In this document: in pieces, positions 27,889 through 38,148 of the stretch
Layout of the letters: every line of letters starts with the position of its first letter
Position numbering within the stretch: position 1 is the first letter of the stretch
NCBI GenBank assembly: GCA_964627605.1
Contig: CAZVGZ010000001.1
Span: forward strand, 47,325-111,324
Reading direction: 5' to 3'
DNA from: an uncultured bacterium
Lineage (GTDB): Bacteria; Latescibacterota; MWCZ01; CAZVGZ01
Length of the DNA stretch: 64,000 nt
Program-made: the position numbers and the translations under genes
The notes under the pieces: model-generated
What the model was told of the DNA's origin: nothing
Database searches by the model: none
The model's input: only the letters and a program-made list of their open reading frames with translations

Positions 27889-29088
27889 ATGACACGCCAA
27901 ACCCGGCTGGCCACTCTCACCCTGTTCGTCGCACTCCTGGCCGGATATTTTGGCGTCCTGCCACTATTCGGCCAGTCGCTTCAAACATACTTTGACATCA
28001 CCCTGAGCCAGTATGGCGTGCTGCTGAGTATCGGACTTGTGCCGTCTGCATTGGCAGCTTTGGCAGCTGGTCAGATGGTTGACCGGTTGGGCCCTCGGCG
28101 CACGCTTCGCGTGGGTTTCGCGGGAACAGCAGCGGCTCTTGTGATCGCGGCGTTGGGTTGGAACTGGAAAGTAATGCTGGCGGCGACGATGATCGCCGCG
28201 TGCTTCGCGTCGGCGATTTTTTTGGCCGTGCAGGCCTATTTAGCGCAGACGTTTCCAGGTAGGCGACGCAGAGTTATATCACTTCATTTGGTGTCACTGT
28301 CGCTGTGGGGTGTGGTGCTGCCGTTGTGGGTCGAACTGTTGACCGACCTGGAAGCGGGGTCACCTAACCTAAGCTTTTCGACAGTTCTCCACGCTCCGTT
28401 TGGAGCGATTGCGGTGTTGATGGGTTTGGCGGCGCTGCTATATCGACCGTCATCTATACCCGCCGTGGCCGCAAAAATCCCTGATGTGGGTCCAACCGAG
28501 AACTCCCGGCTGTTTGGAGGTGGAGTATTCTGGTTGGTGGCGATGATGGTTATGCACGGTACTTGCGATAGCGCAGCCCACATGTGGATGGCGCGGGTTT
28601 GGGATAGCGAACCCTTCGCCGCATCTCCGATTAGATCAGGTGTTGTTCTGGCGGCCTATAGCGCCGCGTATGCCGGTGGTCGTTCGCTCCTCAGTATTCT
28701 TCCTGAACGGTCTGGGCGCAAAACTCTACTGATCGCTCCAGGCATAGTAGGTGGAGGGTTGTTTGCCTTGGGGATGTTGCTCGAATCACCAACAGCCGCT
28801 GCCGTGGGCTATGTAGCTGGCGCAGCGATCTGGTCAGTGGAGTTTCCAGTAGCTGCGGCGATGATCGCCGAGGTGGCTCCGAGACGGATGGGGCGTCTGC
28901 TAGCGATAGCTCAGGCTGGTGAAGGGTTTGGAGCTTTCGCAGTGCTGAACGGTATGGGGTTGGTTGGGCAGTCGCTCCCAGGTGGTTCACTGTGGACGAT
29001 TCTGTTGATACCCGCCGTCGGATTCCCGGTGGTTGGCCTGTGTGGAGGATGGTGGTTGTTGAGACATGGAAACCGTAGAGTTGATTAG
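27889..29088 (+). CDS. Major facilitator superfamily (MFS) transporter
   Basis: 399 aa with about 12 TM helices and an MFS-like loop motif (GQMVDRLGPRRTLRVGF). Confidence 0.75.
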   Translation: MTRQTRLATLTLFVALLAGYFGVLPLFGQSLQTYFDITLSQYGVLLSIGLVPSALAALAAGQMVDRLGPRRTLRVGFAGTAAALVIAALGWNWKVMLAATMIAACFASAIFLAVQAYLAQTFPGRRRRVISLHLVSLSLWGVVLPLWVELLTDLEAGSPNLSFSTVLHAPFGAIAVLMGLAALLYRPSSIPAVAAKIPDVGPTENSRLFGGGVFWLVAMMVMHGTCDSAAHMWMARVWDSEPFAASPIRSGVVLAAYSAAYAGGRSLLSILPERSGRKTLLIAPGIVGGGLFALGMLLESPTAAAVGYVAGAAIWSVEFPVAAAMIAEVAPRRMGRLLAIAQAGEGFGAFAVLNGMGLVGQSLPGGSLWTILLIPAVGFPVVGLCGGWWLLRHGNRRVD

Positions 29089-29105
29089 ACGCCGGACATA
29101 TCCGT

Positions 29106-30041
29106 TTGCCAGGAGGCCCAATGACTGATGTGACAACCCGCTACCCGCAAAGCCTTCTGGCTGCGTGTCTTATCCCGTGGACCGAGTCGTACGAATTTGA
29201 CGTGCCGGTATTTGAGAGTCACGTCAATAAAGTGATTGATTTGGGCTACACAAACCTGTACATCATGGGCACCGCCGCTGAGGGTTATGCAATCACCGAC
29301 ACACGATTCAAGCAGGTGGTTGAAAGTTTTGCGTCGTTGATCGACCGCAAAGGGTTGTCGGCGCAGGTGGGAGTAATAAGCCTCTCGATGGAGCAGGTGA
29401 TCGAGCGGATCGGGTTCGCCTACGATCAAGGCATACGGTTTTTCCAGGTATCGCTCCCAAGTTGGGGAGCCCTGGACGAAGGTGAGACACTGGTTTTTTT
29501 TGAGACTGTTTGCGGCGCGTTCCCCGACTCGCGTTTCCTGCACTACAACCTGCCTCGCGCCGGACGGATAGTAGATGGCAACGAGTACCGAGCTATCGCA
29601 GACGCGGTGCCCAATCTTGTCGCCACAAAAAACAGCACCTCTGACTACGCCCGCACCGCCGACCTGATGAAACATTCACCCGATCTGCAACACTTTTTTC
29701 TTGAGAACAACTGGGCTTTGGGATGTACGTTGGGGGAGTGCTCGTTTCTCACCAGCCTCGGACTGCTTTTTCCGAACACCGCCAGAGCTCTCTACGACTC
29801 AGGGCGTAGCGGTGACCTTAATAAAGCGTTCGCTATTACAGAACGGCTTCGGACAGTGGTTCCGACGCTGTTTGGACACTGTTCGCGAAAGATGATCGAC
29901 GGCTCTTACGACAAAACATTTGCGTGGCTCAAGGACCCCAAGTTCTCATACCGCCTGCTTCCACCCTACCAGGGTTTAAATGACGAAGAAGCTGCCGAAT
30001 GCCGCCGACGGTTCGATGCCAACTACAGCGATCTGAGCTGA
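29106..30041 (+). CDS. Dihydrodipicolinate synthase/N-acetylneuraminate lyase family class I aldolase
   Basis: 311 aa with the DHDPS-family N-terminal pattern (YIMGTAAEGYAITDTRFKQVVESF…). Confidence 0.7.
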   Translation: MPGGPMTDVTTRYPQSLLAACLIPWTESYEFDVPVFESHVNKVIDLGYTNLYIMGTAAEGYAITDTRFKQVVESFASLIDRKGLSAQVGVISLSMEQVIERIGFAYDQGIRFFQVSLPSWGALDEGETLVFFETVCGAFPDSRFLHYNLPRAGRIVDGNEYRAIADAVPNLVATKNSTSDYARTADLMKHSPDLQHFFLENNWALGCTLGECSFLTSLGLLFPNTARALYDSGRSGDLNKAFAITERLRTVVPTLFGHCSRKMIDGSYDKTFAWLKDPKFSYRLLPPYQGLNDEEAAECRRRFDANYSDLS

Positions 30042-30195
30042 CAGGTTTTTGCTTTCAGGGGGTTATAGACAGGCCCGACGCATCCACGCCTGGGTGGATC
30101 AGTATTCGATCGACACGAGCCTGGTACCGCCGGGCGTTGGGTGCTCGGTCCCTCTCAAATCGATCTCTGTCTCATTTAGTCGCCAAGGTTGGCGA

Positions 30196-31194
30196 TCACC
30201 GTGTTGGTGGCGGACCTACAAGGTTTAGGCCCATTGAGCCTCTGACTTCCTCCATCGTCTCCTCTGCCACCGGTCGGCACTTTGCGGCACCAGCCTCCAG
30301 CACAACCCTCACGTCATCAGGTTTGGCCTCCAGCTCCGAATAGCGCGCCTGTATCGGCCCGAGAAGGGTGTCCATCTCTTTCGCCAGCGCTTTCTTGCAG
30401 TCTATACAGCCGATTCCAGCCGACCTGCACCCCTCATCAGCCCAGGCAACCGTTTCCGACGGCGAAATCAGCCCGTGATAGCTAAAAATATTGCAGATTT
30501 TGGGATCGCCAGGATCGGTTCGTTTGATCCGCGCCGAGTCGGTAGGTGCCGGTGCTAGCTTTTGCCAGACGGTTTCAGAGCTGTCCAGAAGCCCGATCTG
30601 GTTGCCCAGGCTCTTGCTCATCTTCCGCTCGCCGTCCAGCCCAAGGACCTTCGGTGTTTTGGTAGTATGCCCCTTCGGTTCAGGGAAGGTCTCCCCGAAT
30701 CGGGCGTTGTATTTCCTCGCAATCTCCCGTGTGAGCTCAAGATGTTGCAGTTGATCCTCCCCCACAGGCACGGCTTCAGCTTTGTAGAGCAGAATGTCAG
30801 CGGCCTGGAGTACCGGGTAGGCCAGCAGGCCTAGGTTAATGTTTTCGGCCTGATCCTGCGACTTCTCCTTGAACTGCGTCATGTTGGTTAAGCGACCCAT
30901 CTGGGCGACCGTTGAGTAGACCCAGGCGAGCTCGGTGTGCTGAGGGATGTGCGACTGGACGAAAAGTGTGCACTTGTCGGGGTTTATCTCGCATGACAGA
31001 AGTATCGCCGCCAGTTCCCACACCATCTGAGGCATCACATCGGTGTCGTAATCCTGTGTGATGGCGTGATAGTCAACGATGCAGTAGATCGCGTCGTACT
31101 GCTCCTGCAGCGCCACCCAGTTGATGAACGCTCCAAAATAGTTTCCAAGATGCGGCTCGCCGGTCGGTTGTATCCCGCTAAATAGACGTGGCAT
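30196..31194 (-). CDS. trpS: Tryptophan--tRNA ligase
   Basis: Start at the ATG at 31194 (MPRLFSGIQPTGEPHLGNYFGA, HIGH-type motif region). Class I KMSKS motif present (KMSKSLGN). Confidence 0.9.
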   Translation of the reverse strand: MPRLFSGIQPTGEPHLGNYFGAFINWVALQEQYDAIYCIVDYHAITQDYDTDVMPQMVWELAAILLSCEINPDKCTLFVQSHIPQHTELAWVYSTVAQMGRLTNMTQFKEKSQDQAENINLGLLAYPVLQAADILLYKAEAVPVGEDQLQHLELTREIARKYNARFGETFPEPKGHTTKTPKVLGLDGERKMSKSLGNQIGLLDSSETVWQKLAPAPTDSARIKRTDPGDPKICNIFSYHGLISPSETVAWADEGCRSAGIGCIDCKKALAKEMDTLLGPIQARYSELEAKPDDVRVVLEAGAAKCRPVAEETMEEVRGSMGLNLVGPPPTR

Positions 31195-31424
31195 GGGTTT
31201 TCGCCTCCAAAATATGTCGGTACAAAGAAAAGCCGTGAGCGTTGGTTTTGAGCCGCCCACGGCCAGATAGGTCTGCGTATACCTGCGTGATTCAATGCAT
31301 ACGTACGCCAGAGGGCGGCGGCGTTAACCGCCATCGCCACACCCAAGAGCACCTTGTCGGTCTTTGTGTACGTACCTGTCGTTCGATCATTGCGCAACCC
31401 TGTCAGATTCCGCCGATATGGATT

Positions 31425-32144
31425 TCAACCCGAAGCAGCCATCAGTGCGCCGTTGAGCTCATTCATGAGCACGCCGCTGCGCTGCGACTCCGCGGATTTG
31501 GGGAACTCCCTGAGTAGACGGTCCAACACTTTCTTGGCCCTGTCGAACTCGTCTGCATCGATGAAAGACAGCGCGGCCTGCTCCAACGCTATCGGGGCCC
31601 AACCTGATTCAGCGCGGCCGCTCTCAGCGTATTTTTCGAGAAGAATACCTGAGCGGCGCGGCTGGTTCTGCTGCCTCAAAGCAGCGGCAAATCCTAAATA
31701 CGCATGAAAAAGGTCCATCGGCGGGCCATCAAAGTCATCAATCCATATCTCGAAGTAGTAGCTCGCCGGGCGTGTGCCCGATTGATCGACGCTGTCGCCG
31801 AACTCCATCATCAAGTCGCCCTTGCCCAGAATGGCCAGCCGCTCTGCAATCCCATCGTACTCCGTGCGAATCCGGTCCATCTCTTTGATCGCGCCTTTGG
31901 GATCGCCAAACGCCGCCTGTTGGTAGGCCGAAACTATGTCGGCGGTGCCTCTCCAGTCGGTCTTGTCAACGCCTGTAAACCGGTCCACAAAAAATGAACC
32001 TGCCAGCATAAGCGCCACCACACCAGCCGCCACTTTGGGCCATTCGACCTTCAGCCAGGCGCGCGCTTCGTTGATAAAGACCAGGAAAGGGTCCTGTTTT
32101 TCCGATTGACGTTTCTTGATTCGTGCTACCGGTTTCATCTGCAT
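31425..32144 (-). CDS. Membrane-anchored TPR-like protein (YfgM-like)
   Basis: 239 aa with a single N-terminal TM helix (VAAGVVALMLAGSFFV) followed by a helical-repeat periplasmic domain. Confidence 0.45.
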   Translation of the reverse strand: MQMKPVARIKKRQSEKQDPFLVFINEARAWLKVEWPKVAAGVVALMLAGSFFVDRFTGVDKTDWRGTADIVSAYQQAAFGDPKGAIKEMDRIRTEYDGIAERLAILGKGDLMMEFGDSVDQSGTRPASYYFEIWIDDFDGPPMDLFHAYLGFAAALRQQNQPRRSGILLEKYAESGRAESGWAPIALEQAALSFIDADEFDRAKKVLDRLLREFPKSAESQRSGVLMNELNGALMAASG

Positions 32145-32223
32145 TTTTTGTTTCCTTATGTCGTCTTCGACGATATTGTCAGATCAATCTCTGCCGCCGC
32201 CAAACTCTCTCAAATGCACCTAC

Positions 32224-33765
32224 TTACCCGTGATGGCGGGCCACGACCTCAGATGCGTTGGCAAAAGGTTTTTTTAGTGCCGGGTATAGTTCGCGAAACA
32301 GCCCATACCCGTCATCGTAAGCGTTTCTTACAGCCGGATTCGGCTCGGCCGTGGTTACAACCGAAACAAACTCGTCTGCCGCTTCGGCCAAGTCGTCAAA
32401 AACACCACCAGCGACACCACCCATGAGCGCCGCTCCCATCGCCGGTCCCTCTCCGCTGTTCACGGTCACAACAGGGGCATTGTAGATATCGGCCTGCATC
32501 TGGAGCCAGAAATCGCTCTTGGCTCCTCCTCCGGTGCACCTGATCTGATCTATGGGGATCCCCAAATCGCGGATGATCTCCATGGAGTCGTGCAGCGCGT
32601 AGGTGATTCCTTCAAACGTCGCCCGGATTAGATGTGACCTGCCGTGGCGTAGAGTCAGTCCCACATATGCTCCCTTGGCCGAAGCGTCCTTATGGGGGGT
32701 CCTTTCACCAGCCAAGTAAGGCAGAAAACTCAGACCCTCACTTCCCGCTGCCACATCGCCAGCGCGATCTGCCAGAACGTCGTAAGGGTCCTGGCCAACG
32801 GTTGCCACAGCGGCCCTCTCGCCGTCGGCTACCACATCTCTAAACCATCTCAGCGATCCCCCGGCGCTCAGGACCACGCCCATCAGATACCACTGATCAG
32901 GAACGCTGTGGCAAAACGTGTGAACTCTCATATCGGGGTCAACCGCCACACTGGTCGTCGGGGCGAACACAACGCCTGACGTTCCCAGGCTGGAAAGAAC
33001 CCGCCCTGGTGTCACCACGCCGCAACCTGTCGCGCCGCAAGTGTTGTCAGCGCCACCTCCGGCGACCACCGTCCCAGCTTTGAGCCCCGTCGCTGTTGCT
33101 GCCTTTTTGGTTATCTGTCCGCAATCGTCCACCGATTCTCTGACCTGAGGCAAAATGGATGGATCGACACCTATTTTTGAGAGCAGTTCGTCGGACCACC
33201 TGCGCTGGATAACGTCGAACATCGCAGTGCCCGCCGCGTCGGAGACCTCCATCAGTTTTTCGCCGGTCAGCTGAAAACGGATATAGTCTTTCGCCAGCAG
33301 GAGTGTCTTTAGTTTGGCGTACTCCTCGGGTTCTTCATCTCTTAGCCAGATCACTTTGGGGACAGTGAAACCTTCGAGCGCCGGGTTGGCGACCATATCC
33401 CTCAAAGCGTTTTTACCACCTGCGGCGTCGGTTATCCACTCGCGTTGGGCGGTCGTCCTGCCGTCGCACCATAGGAGTGCCGGGCGGATCACTTCGTCGG
33501 CTTCGTCAAGGAACACGCTGCTATGCATCTGCCCAGATAGCCCAACGCCGGCGATATCTTCAGCGCTCACCCCTTCAGCCAAAACGGCCTGAATCGTTTC
33601 GACTGTAGCATCCCACCAGTGGGCAGGCTCCTGCTCGGCCCAACCAGGGTGCGGTGTCGACATCGGGTACTCAGACGTGTGCGCGGCGACAGTCCGGCCA
33701 TTTTGATCTATAAGCAGCGCTTTCGTGCCGGTCGTTCCAATGTCCAGCCCGAGCAGATATGCCAT
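32224..33765 (-). CDS. FGGY-family carbohydrate kinase (second xylulokinase-like paralog)
   Basis: 513 aa starting MAYLLGLDIGTTGTKALLIDQNG. Same FGGY motifs as the 6055-7554 gene (GLSGQMHSSVFLD; C-terminal TGGGAKSDFWLQMQADIYNAPV). Confidence 0.8.
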   Translation of the reverse strand: MAYLLGLDIGTTGTKALLIDQNGRTVAAHTSEYPMSTPHPGWAEQEPAHWWDATVETIQAVLAEGVSAEDIAGVGLSGQMHSSVFLDEADEVIRPALLWCDGRTTAQREWITDAAGGKNALRDMVANPALEGFTVPKVIWLRDEEPEEYAKLKTLLLAKDYIRFQLTGEKLMEVSDAAGTAMFDVIQRRWSDELLSKIGVDPSILPQVRESVDDCGQITKKAATATGLKAGTVVAGGGADNTCGATGCGVVTPGRVLSSLGTSGVVFAPTTSVAVDPDMRVHTFCHSVPDQWYLMGVVLSAGGSLRWFRDVVADGERAAVATVGQDPYDVLADRAGDVAAGSEGLSFLPYLAGERTPHKDASAKGAYVGLTLRHGRSHLIRATFEGITYALHDSMEIIRDLGIPIDQIRCTGGGAKSDFWLQMQADIYNAPVVTVNSGEGPAMGAALMGGVAGGVFDDLAEAADEFVSVVTTAEPNPAVRNAYDDGYGLFRELYPALKKPFANASEVVARHHG

Positions 33766-34126
33766 GCTTTGTTCCAGCCAGATAGGGTGGGGAGTGCTGT
33801 TGAGACAACGCAGTCGAACGTAGTAATTTATGTCGCCCCTGGTGTCGGGTCAATCAAAGTGCAGCCACGGCAAACGTGACAGACTCCGATGTCGCTCACC
33901 GTATCACTAGTAGAAGGCGAATTGATCGGGCTCGCAACATCTCCATCGACTACAGAGCTGGCGCGACTACGAAACAGCGGTTGGCCAACTGTGATCTCCG
34001 AACCCGCGTCTTGCAGCCCTGGCAGTCACTGGCTGCGATGGGACATAGGGCGTACGGAGCACATCACGCACCTATATTTTCTTGGTTGCCCACATACTTA
34101 CTCGACCAGAAAAAGGAAACTCATTG

Positions 34127-35794
34127 ATGTTGTCGGACTTGGACATTGCACAGCAAGCAACGCTCGCACCTGTAGAAGAGTGCGCCTCGAAACTCAACCT
34201 TGGCGTTGATGATCTGGAGTTTTACGGCCCATACAAAGCCAAGATATCTCAGCAGACAGTCGCCCGTGCGCAGTCGAACCCCACTGGCAAACTTGTCTTG
34301 GTCACCGCCATGAACCCGACCCCAGCCGGTGAGGGCAAAACGACTGTCGCCATCGGTCTGGCGCAAGCGCTGGACCATCTCGACAAAAAGACCGTCGTGG
34401 CTCTAAGGGAGCCGTCACTTGGGCCGGTTTTTGGCCGTAAAGGCGGCGCGACTGGTGGTGGTTACTCCCAGGTGCTGCCCATGGAGGACATCAATCTTCA
34501 TTTCACCGGCGACCTTCACGCCGTCACCGCCGCGCAAGATCTGTTGGTGTCGATGTTGGACAACCATCTTCATCACGGAAACGATCTGGGTATAGACTCG
34601 AGGACGGTCACACTCAAACGAGCGATGGACATCAACGACCGTGCGCTTAGAAACATCAAGGTTGGTTTGGGTGGTACCGCGAACGGCGTGCCCCGCGAGA
34701 CCGGCTTTGAGATCACCGCAGCGTCAGAAGTCATGGCGTGTGTCGCACTTGCAAGAGACATCTCTGACCTCAAGGAGCGACTCAGCAGGATCAGGGTCGC
34801 ATACACCACATCGGGTCGCCCTGTCGCCGCAAAAGACCTGGATGCCACCGGCGGGATGGCTGCGCTGCTCAAAGATGCTGTCAAACCCAACATCGTTCAG
34901 ACGATTGAGGGCACTCCAGCGTTGGTGCATATGGGGCCGTTCGGGAATGTGTCCACCGGCTGCAACAGCATTATCGCCACCAAACTTGGGATGCGGCTGG
35001 CTGACTATACCGTCACAGAGGCGGGCTTTGGCTCGGATCTAGGTGGGCAGAAGTTTATGGACATCATCTGCCGTGCTGGCAACTTTATGCCTGACGCTAT
35101 TGTGCTCGCCGCAACGGTCCGAGCGCTCAAGATGCACGGTGGCTGTGCCCAGCAGAAGCTTCATATCACCGAATGTGATCGCGTAGAACAGGGATTGCCA
35201 AACCTTCTTCAACACATCGACCACGTTAGTCAGTATGGCATCCCGGTGGTGGTAGCCATCAACCGTTTTACCAACGATAGCGACGAGGAGTTGGAGATCA
35301 TTCGAAAGGCTTGCGCCGAGATGGGCAAGCCGGTCGCTGAGGCGACTATCTGGGCTGACGGCGGCAAGGGCGGCGTCGAGCTGGCGAATGAGGTCCTCGC
35401 AGTCTGCGACCAGCCCTCGGAAGGCAAATATCTTTACAACATCGATCTACCGCTGCGCGAGAAGATAGAAACGATCTGTAAGAGAGTCTACGGTGCTGAC
35501 GGTGCCAATTTCTCAGCCAAGGCCGCAAAGAAGATCGACGCGGTGGAAGCTGAGGGGCTTGGTCGGATGCCGGTCTGCATCGCAAAGACGCAGGATTCGC
35601 TTTCCGACAAAAAGACTCTTCTCGGGCGACCAAAAGGGTTTACTGTACAGATAGCGGATGTTCGTGCTGCGACAGGGGCTGGCTATCTGATCGCGTATGC
35701 AGGCAGCATTATGACTATGTTCGGCTTTAGCAAAAGTCCTGCTGCCGTCAAAATAGATCTGAACGACGACGGCGAGATTGTAGGGCTGTTCTAG
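34127..35794 (+). CDS. fhs: Formate--tetrahydrofolate ligase
   Basis: ATG at 34127 preceded by an aaggaa SD. Product MLSDLDIAQQATLAPVEECASKLNLGVDDLEFYGPYKAKIS… with the P-loop TPAGEGKTT. Full-length FTHFS of about 555 aa. Confidence 0.9.
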   Translation: MLSDLDIAQQATLAPVEECASKLNLGVDDLEFYGPYKAKISQQTVARAQSNPTGKLVLVTAMNPTPAGEGKTTVAIGLAQALDHLDKKTVVALREPSLGPVFGRKGGATGGGYSQVLPMEDINLHFTGDLHAVTAAQDLLVSMLDNHLHHGNDLGIDSRTVTLKRAMDINDRALRNIKVGLGGTANGVPRETGFEITAASEVMACVALARDISDLKERLSRIRVAYTTSGRPVAAKDLDATGGMAALLKDAVKPNIVQTIEGTPALVHMGPFGNVSTGCNSIIATKLGMRLADYTVTEAGFGSDLGGQKFMDIICRAGNFMPDAIVLAATVRALKMHGGCAQQKLHITECDRVEQGLPNLLQHIDHVSQYGIPVVVAINRFTNDSDEELEIIRKACAEMGKPVAEATIWADGGKGGVELANEVLAVCDQPSEGKYLYNIDLPLREKIETICKRVYGADGANFSAKAAKKIDAVEAEGLGRMPVCIAKTQDSLSDKKTLLGRPKGFTVQIADVRAATGAGYLIAYAGSIMTMFGFSKSPAAVKIDLNDDGEIVGLF

Positions 35795-35930
35795 GGCACC
35801 CCTACCGATCAACGTCAGGGACGGATATACTTCGTCCTTCTTTACAGCACTGGCCTCACTCTCTAGTGGATTTTAGGCCATATCACTGTTATGGGGCATC
35901 ACGCCCCGTTCTTCATCTGGAGCGAAAAAC

Positions 35931-37073
35931 ATGTCAATGACCGACAGGGAGCGATTCAACGCCTGTATGCATTTTGAATCTGTGGATCACGTCCCTGACG
36001 AAGAGTTCGGCTACTGGGAAGAGGTGTTCCCGATCTGGCACGAGCAGGGCTTGCCAGAGTGGGTAACCGACAACGGCAAAGCCGATCAGTATTTCGGGTT
36101 CGCCACGAAAGGCGGGCTGCCGGGGAATATCGGCATCATGCCGGGATACAAGACGCGGGTGATCGAAGAGGATGATCGACGCATCTTGCTCGAAGACGGT
36201 GACGGAGCACTCAAAGAGGTAGCCAAAGACGGACACTCGACCATCCCGCGCTATCTCAGATTTCCCATCGAGACCAAGGACGACTGGAAGCGGTTTCGGG
36301 ACGAGCGGTTTGATTCTTCAAATCCCGATCGTCGCGACATCGATTGGGATTCTGTCATCAAACAGCATGAGGGGCACGACTATCCTCTGGGCCTCAACTG
36401 CGGAAGCCTGTTCGGATGGATACGCAACTGGATGGGTTTTGAAAATGTGAGCATCGCCTGCGTAGAAGACCCGGACTGGATAGAGGAGATGATGGACGCC
36501 ATCACCGACATGGTGCTGACGATGCTAGACGACACGATCTCCCACGCAGGTCACCTTGGCCTCGATTACGCCAGTTTTTGGGAGGATATGGCCTTCAACC
36601 ACGGCCCGATCATCTCCCCGGCGATGTTTGAGAGGTGGCTTACACCTCGCTACAAGAAGATTACGGACAGACTAAGGGAAGCTGGTGTCGATGTTTGCAT
36701 CGTTGACTGCGACGGGAACATCAATGTCGTAGTCGAACACTGGCTGGCTGGCGGGGTCAATGTCATGTTTCCGCTGGAAATCAGAGGTGGAACCGATCCT
36801 GTGACCATTCGTGAGAAATACGGCCACGATGTTCTCTTGGCTGGTGGAGTGGACAAGACTCAGCTCATTGAAGGCAAAGAGGCGATCCGTAAAGAGCTAA
36901 ACCGCATTGAGAGCACCATTGCCGACGGTGGATTCATCCCCCATGTCGATCACAGATGCCCACCGGACGTGACATACGACGACTACCTCTACTACGTAAA
37001 AACCAAGCGCGAGATGTTGGGCATTCCAGAGCCAGTCTCTTACGAAGATCGGAAAGCAGCGGGGTTGGTTTGA
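35931..37073 (+). CDS. UroD/MtaA-CmuA family methyltransferase-like protein, paralog 2
   Basis: 380 aa. The N-terminus MSMTDRERFNACMHFESVDHVPDEEFGYW is paralogous to the 1066-2169, 37165-38139 and 62050-63162 genes. Confidence 0.7.
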   Translation: MSMTDRERFNACMHFESVDHVPDEEFGYWEEVFPIWHEQGLPEWVTDNGKADQYFGFATKGGLPGNIGIMPGYKTRVIEEDDRRILLEDGDGALKEVAKDGHSTIPRYLRFPIETKDDWKRFRDERFDSSNPDRRDIDWDSVIKQHEGHDYPLGLNCGSLFGWIRNWMGFENVSIACVEDPDWIEEMMDAITDMVLTMLDDTISHAGHLGLDYASFWEDMAFNHGPIISPAMFERWLTPRYKKITDRLREAGVDVCIVDCDGNINVVVEHWLAGGVNVMFPLEIRGGTDPVTIREKYGHDVLLAGGVDKTQLIEGKEAIRKELNRIESTIADGGFIPHVDHRCPPDVTYDDYLYYVKTKREMLGIPEPVSYEDRKAAGLV

Positions 37074-37164
37074 GAGACAGTCGCTACTTGCCGAAACTGG
37101 GTTCCCTCGGCTGGAACAGTGGAGCCCAGCCAGGCTTTCCGCACAGTTTGACAGGTGAGATATC

Positions 37165-38139
37165 GTGACCAGCCGCGAGCGGTTCCTAAGGACACTATCC
37201 TACAGAGATGTGGATCGCCCACCCCTGTTCGACGACGGACTACGCGAAGATGTCTTGGAGCGCTGGAGCAATGAAGGGCTCCCTCAGGGCACCGATCTCG
37301 ACAGCCTTTTCGCCATCGACCGAAGGGAGGAGATTCAGCCAAACCTCCATCCTGCCAAATCTTTCTCCCCGCTATCCGAACCAGGGCAGCTAGATCGTTT
37401 TGAGGAGTTTTTTGTCTCTGACGGTCGTCAGCCTGAAGATTGGTCCCAGCGGGTCGAAGAGTTAAACGATCGCTCATGGACAGCAGGTCTGGTTGTTTGG
37501 CGAGGGTTGCTTCAGATGTTGGGGATCGGCGACTGGACGACTCTGGTTGATGTCCTCACCGGCATAAAAACCCAACCAGAGGTGGCTGAGTGCGCTCTGG
37601 GCAAGATAACCGATGTCATACTGGAGACTATCGAGCCGATGCTCCGGCAGGTGAGATTCGACTACGTCGTGTTCAGCGAGCCGATAGCAGGCAGCGATGG
37701 GACGGTGGTTAGTCCAGAGATGTATCGCCACTTCTGTGTTCACCATTGTCGTCGGCTTTCAGAGCTCGCCAAAAGGTGTGGTGTCTCGGTGATCGTTTTC
37801 AGGTCGTGGGGACGGTCTACGTCGCTACTGCCAGCGGCGATGGATGCCGGGATGAACGCTTTTTGGTGCGGTGAGACGGGTTTGGCCGGGGTGGACTACT
37901 CCCGGCTCAGGAGGCAGCACGGTCGCCGACTCAGGCTTATCGGCGGCGTGGATGTGCACTCTTTGGTTGAGAGCGAGAAGAAAACGGGCAGAGCTTTGGG
38001 CGATCTATTGCCGGAACTGTTGGCGGATGGCGGTTACATCCCGCTGGCCGACGGTAGAATTCGCGCCGAGGTGGGTTTCTCTGCCTACAGCCACTATAGG
38101 CAGCAACTCGAAAAGCTGTGCAACGCCGGAAAGAAGTAG
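37165..38139 (+). CDS. UroD/MtaA-CmuA family methyltransferase-like protein, paralog 3
   Basis: 324 aa starting MTSRERFLRTLSYRDVDRPPLFDD. Its stop lies 9 nt before the PTPS-like gene start. Confidence 0.7.
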   Translation: MTSRERFLRTLSYRDVDRPPLFDDGLREDVLERWSNEGLPQGTDLDSLFAIDRREEIQPNLHPAKSFSPLSEPGQLDRFEEFFVSDGRQPEDWSQRVEELNDRSWTAGLVVWRGLLQMLGIGDWTTLVDVLTGIKTQPEVAECALGKITDVILETIEPMLRQVRFDYVVFSEPIAGSDGTVVSPEMYRHFCVHHCRRLSELAKRCGVSVIVFRSWGRSTSLLPAAMDAGMNAFWCGETGLAGVDYSRLRRQHGRRLRLIGGVDVHSLVESEKKTGRALGDLLPELLADGGYIPLADGRIRAEVGFSAYSHYRQQLEKLCNAGKK

Positions 38140-38148
38140 TGAGGCGTA

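Noticed and set aside
31261-31424. Possible tRNA: a T-loop-like GTCGTTCGATC at about 31375
   Set aside because: No complementary acceptor or T-stem pairing could be built around it. There is no cloverleaf.
33766-34126. ZTP riboswitch upstream of fhs
   Set aside because: The conserved pfl-motif cores were not found; only weak partial resemblance. Left as something to scan computationally.
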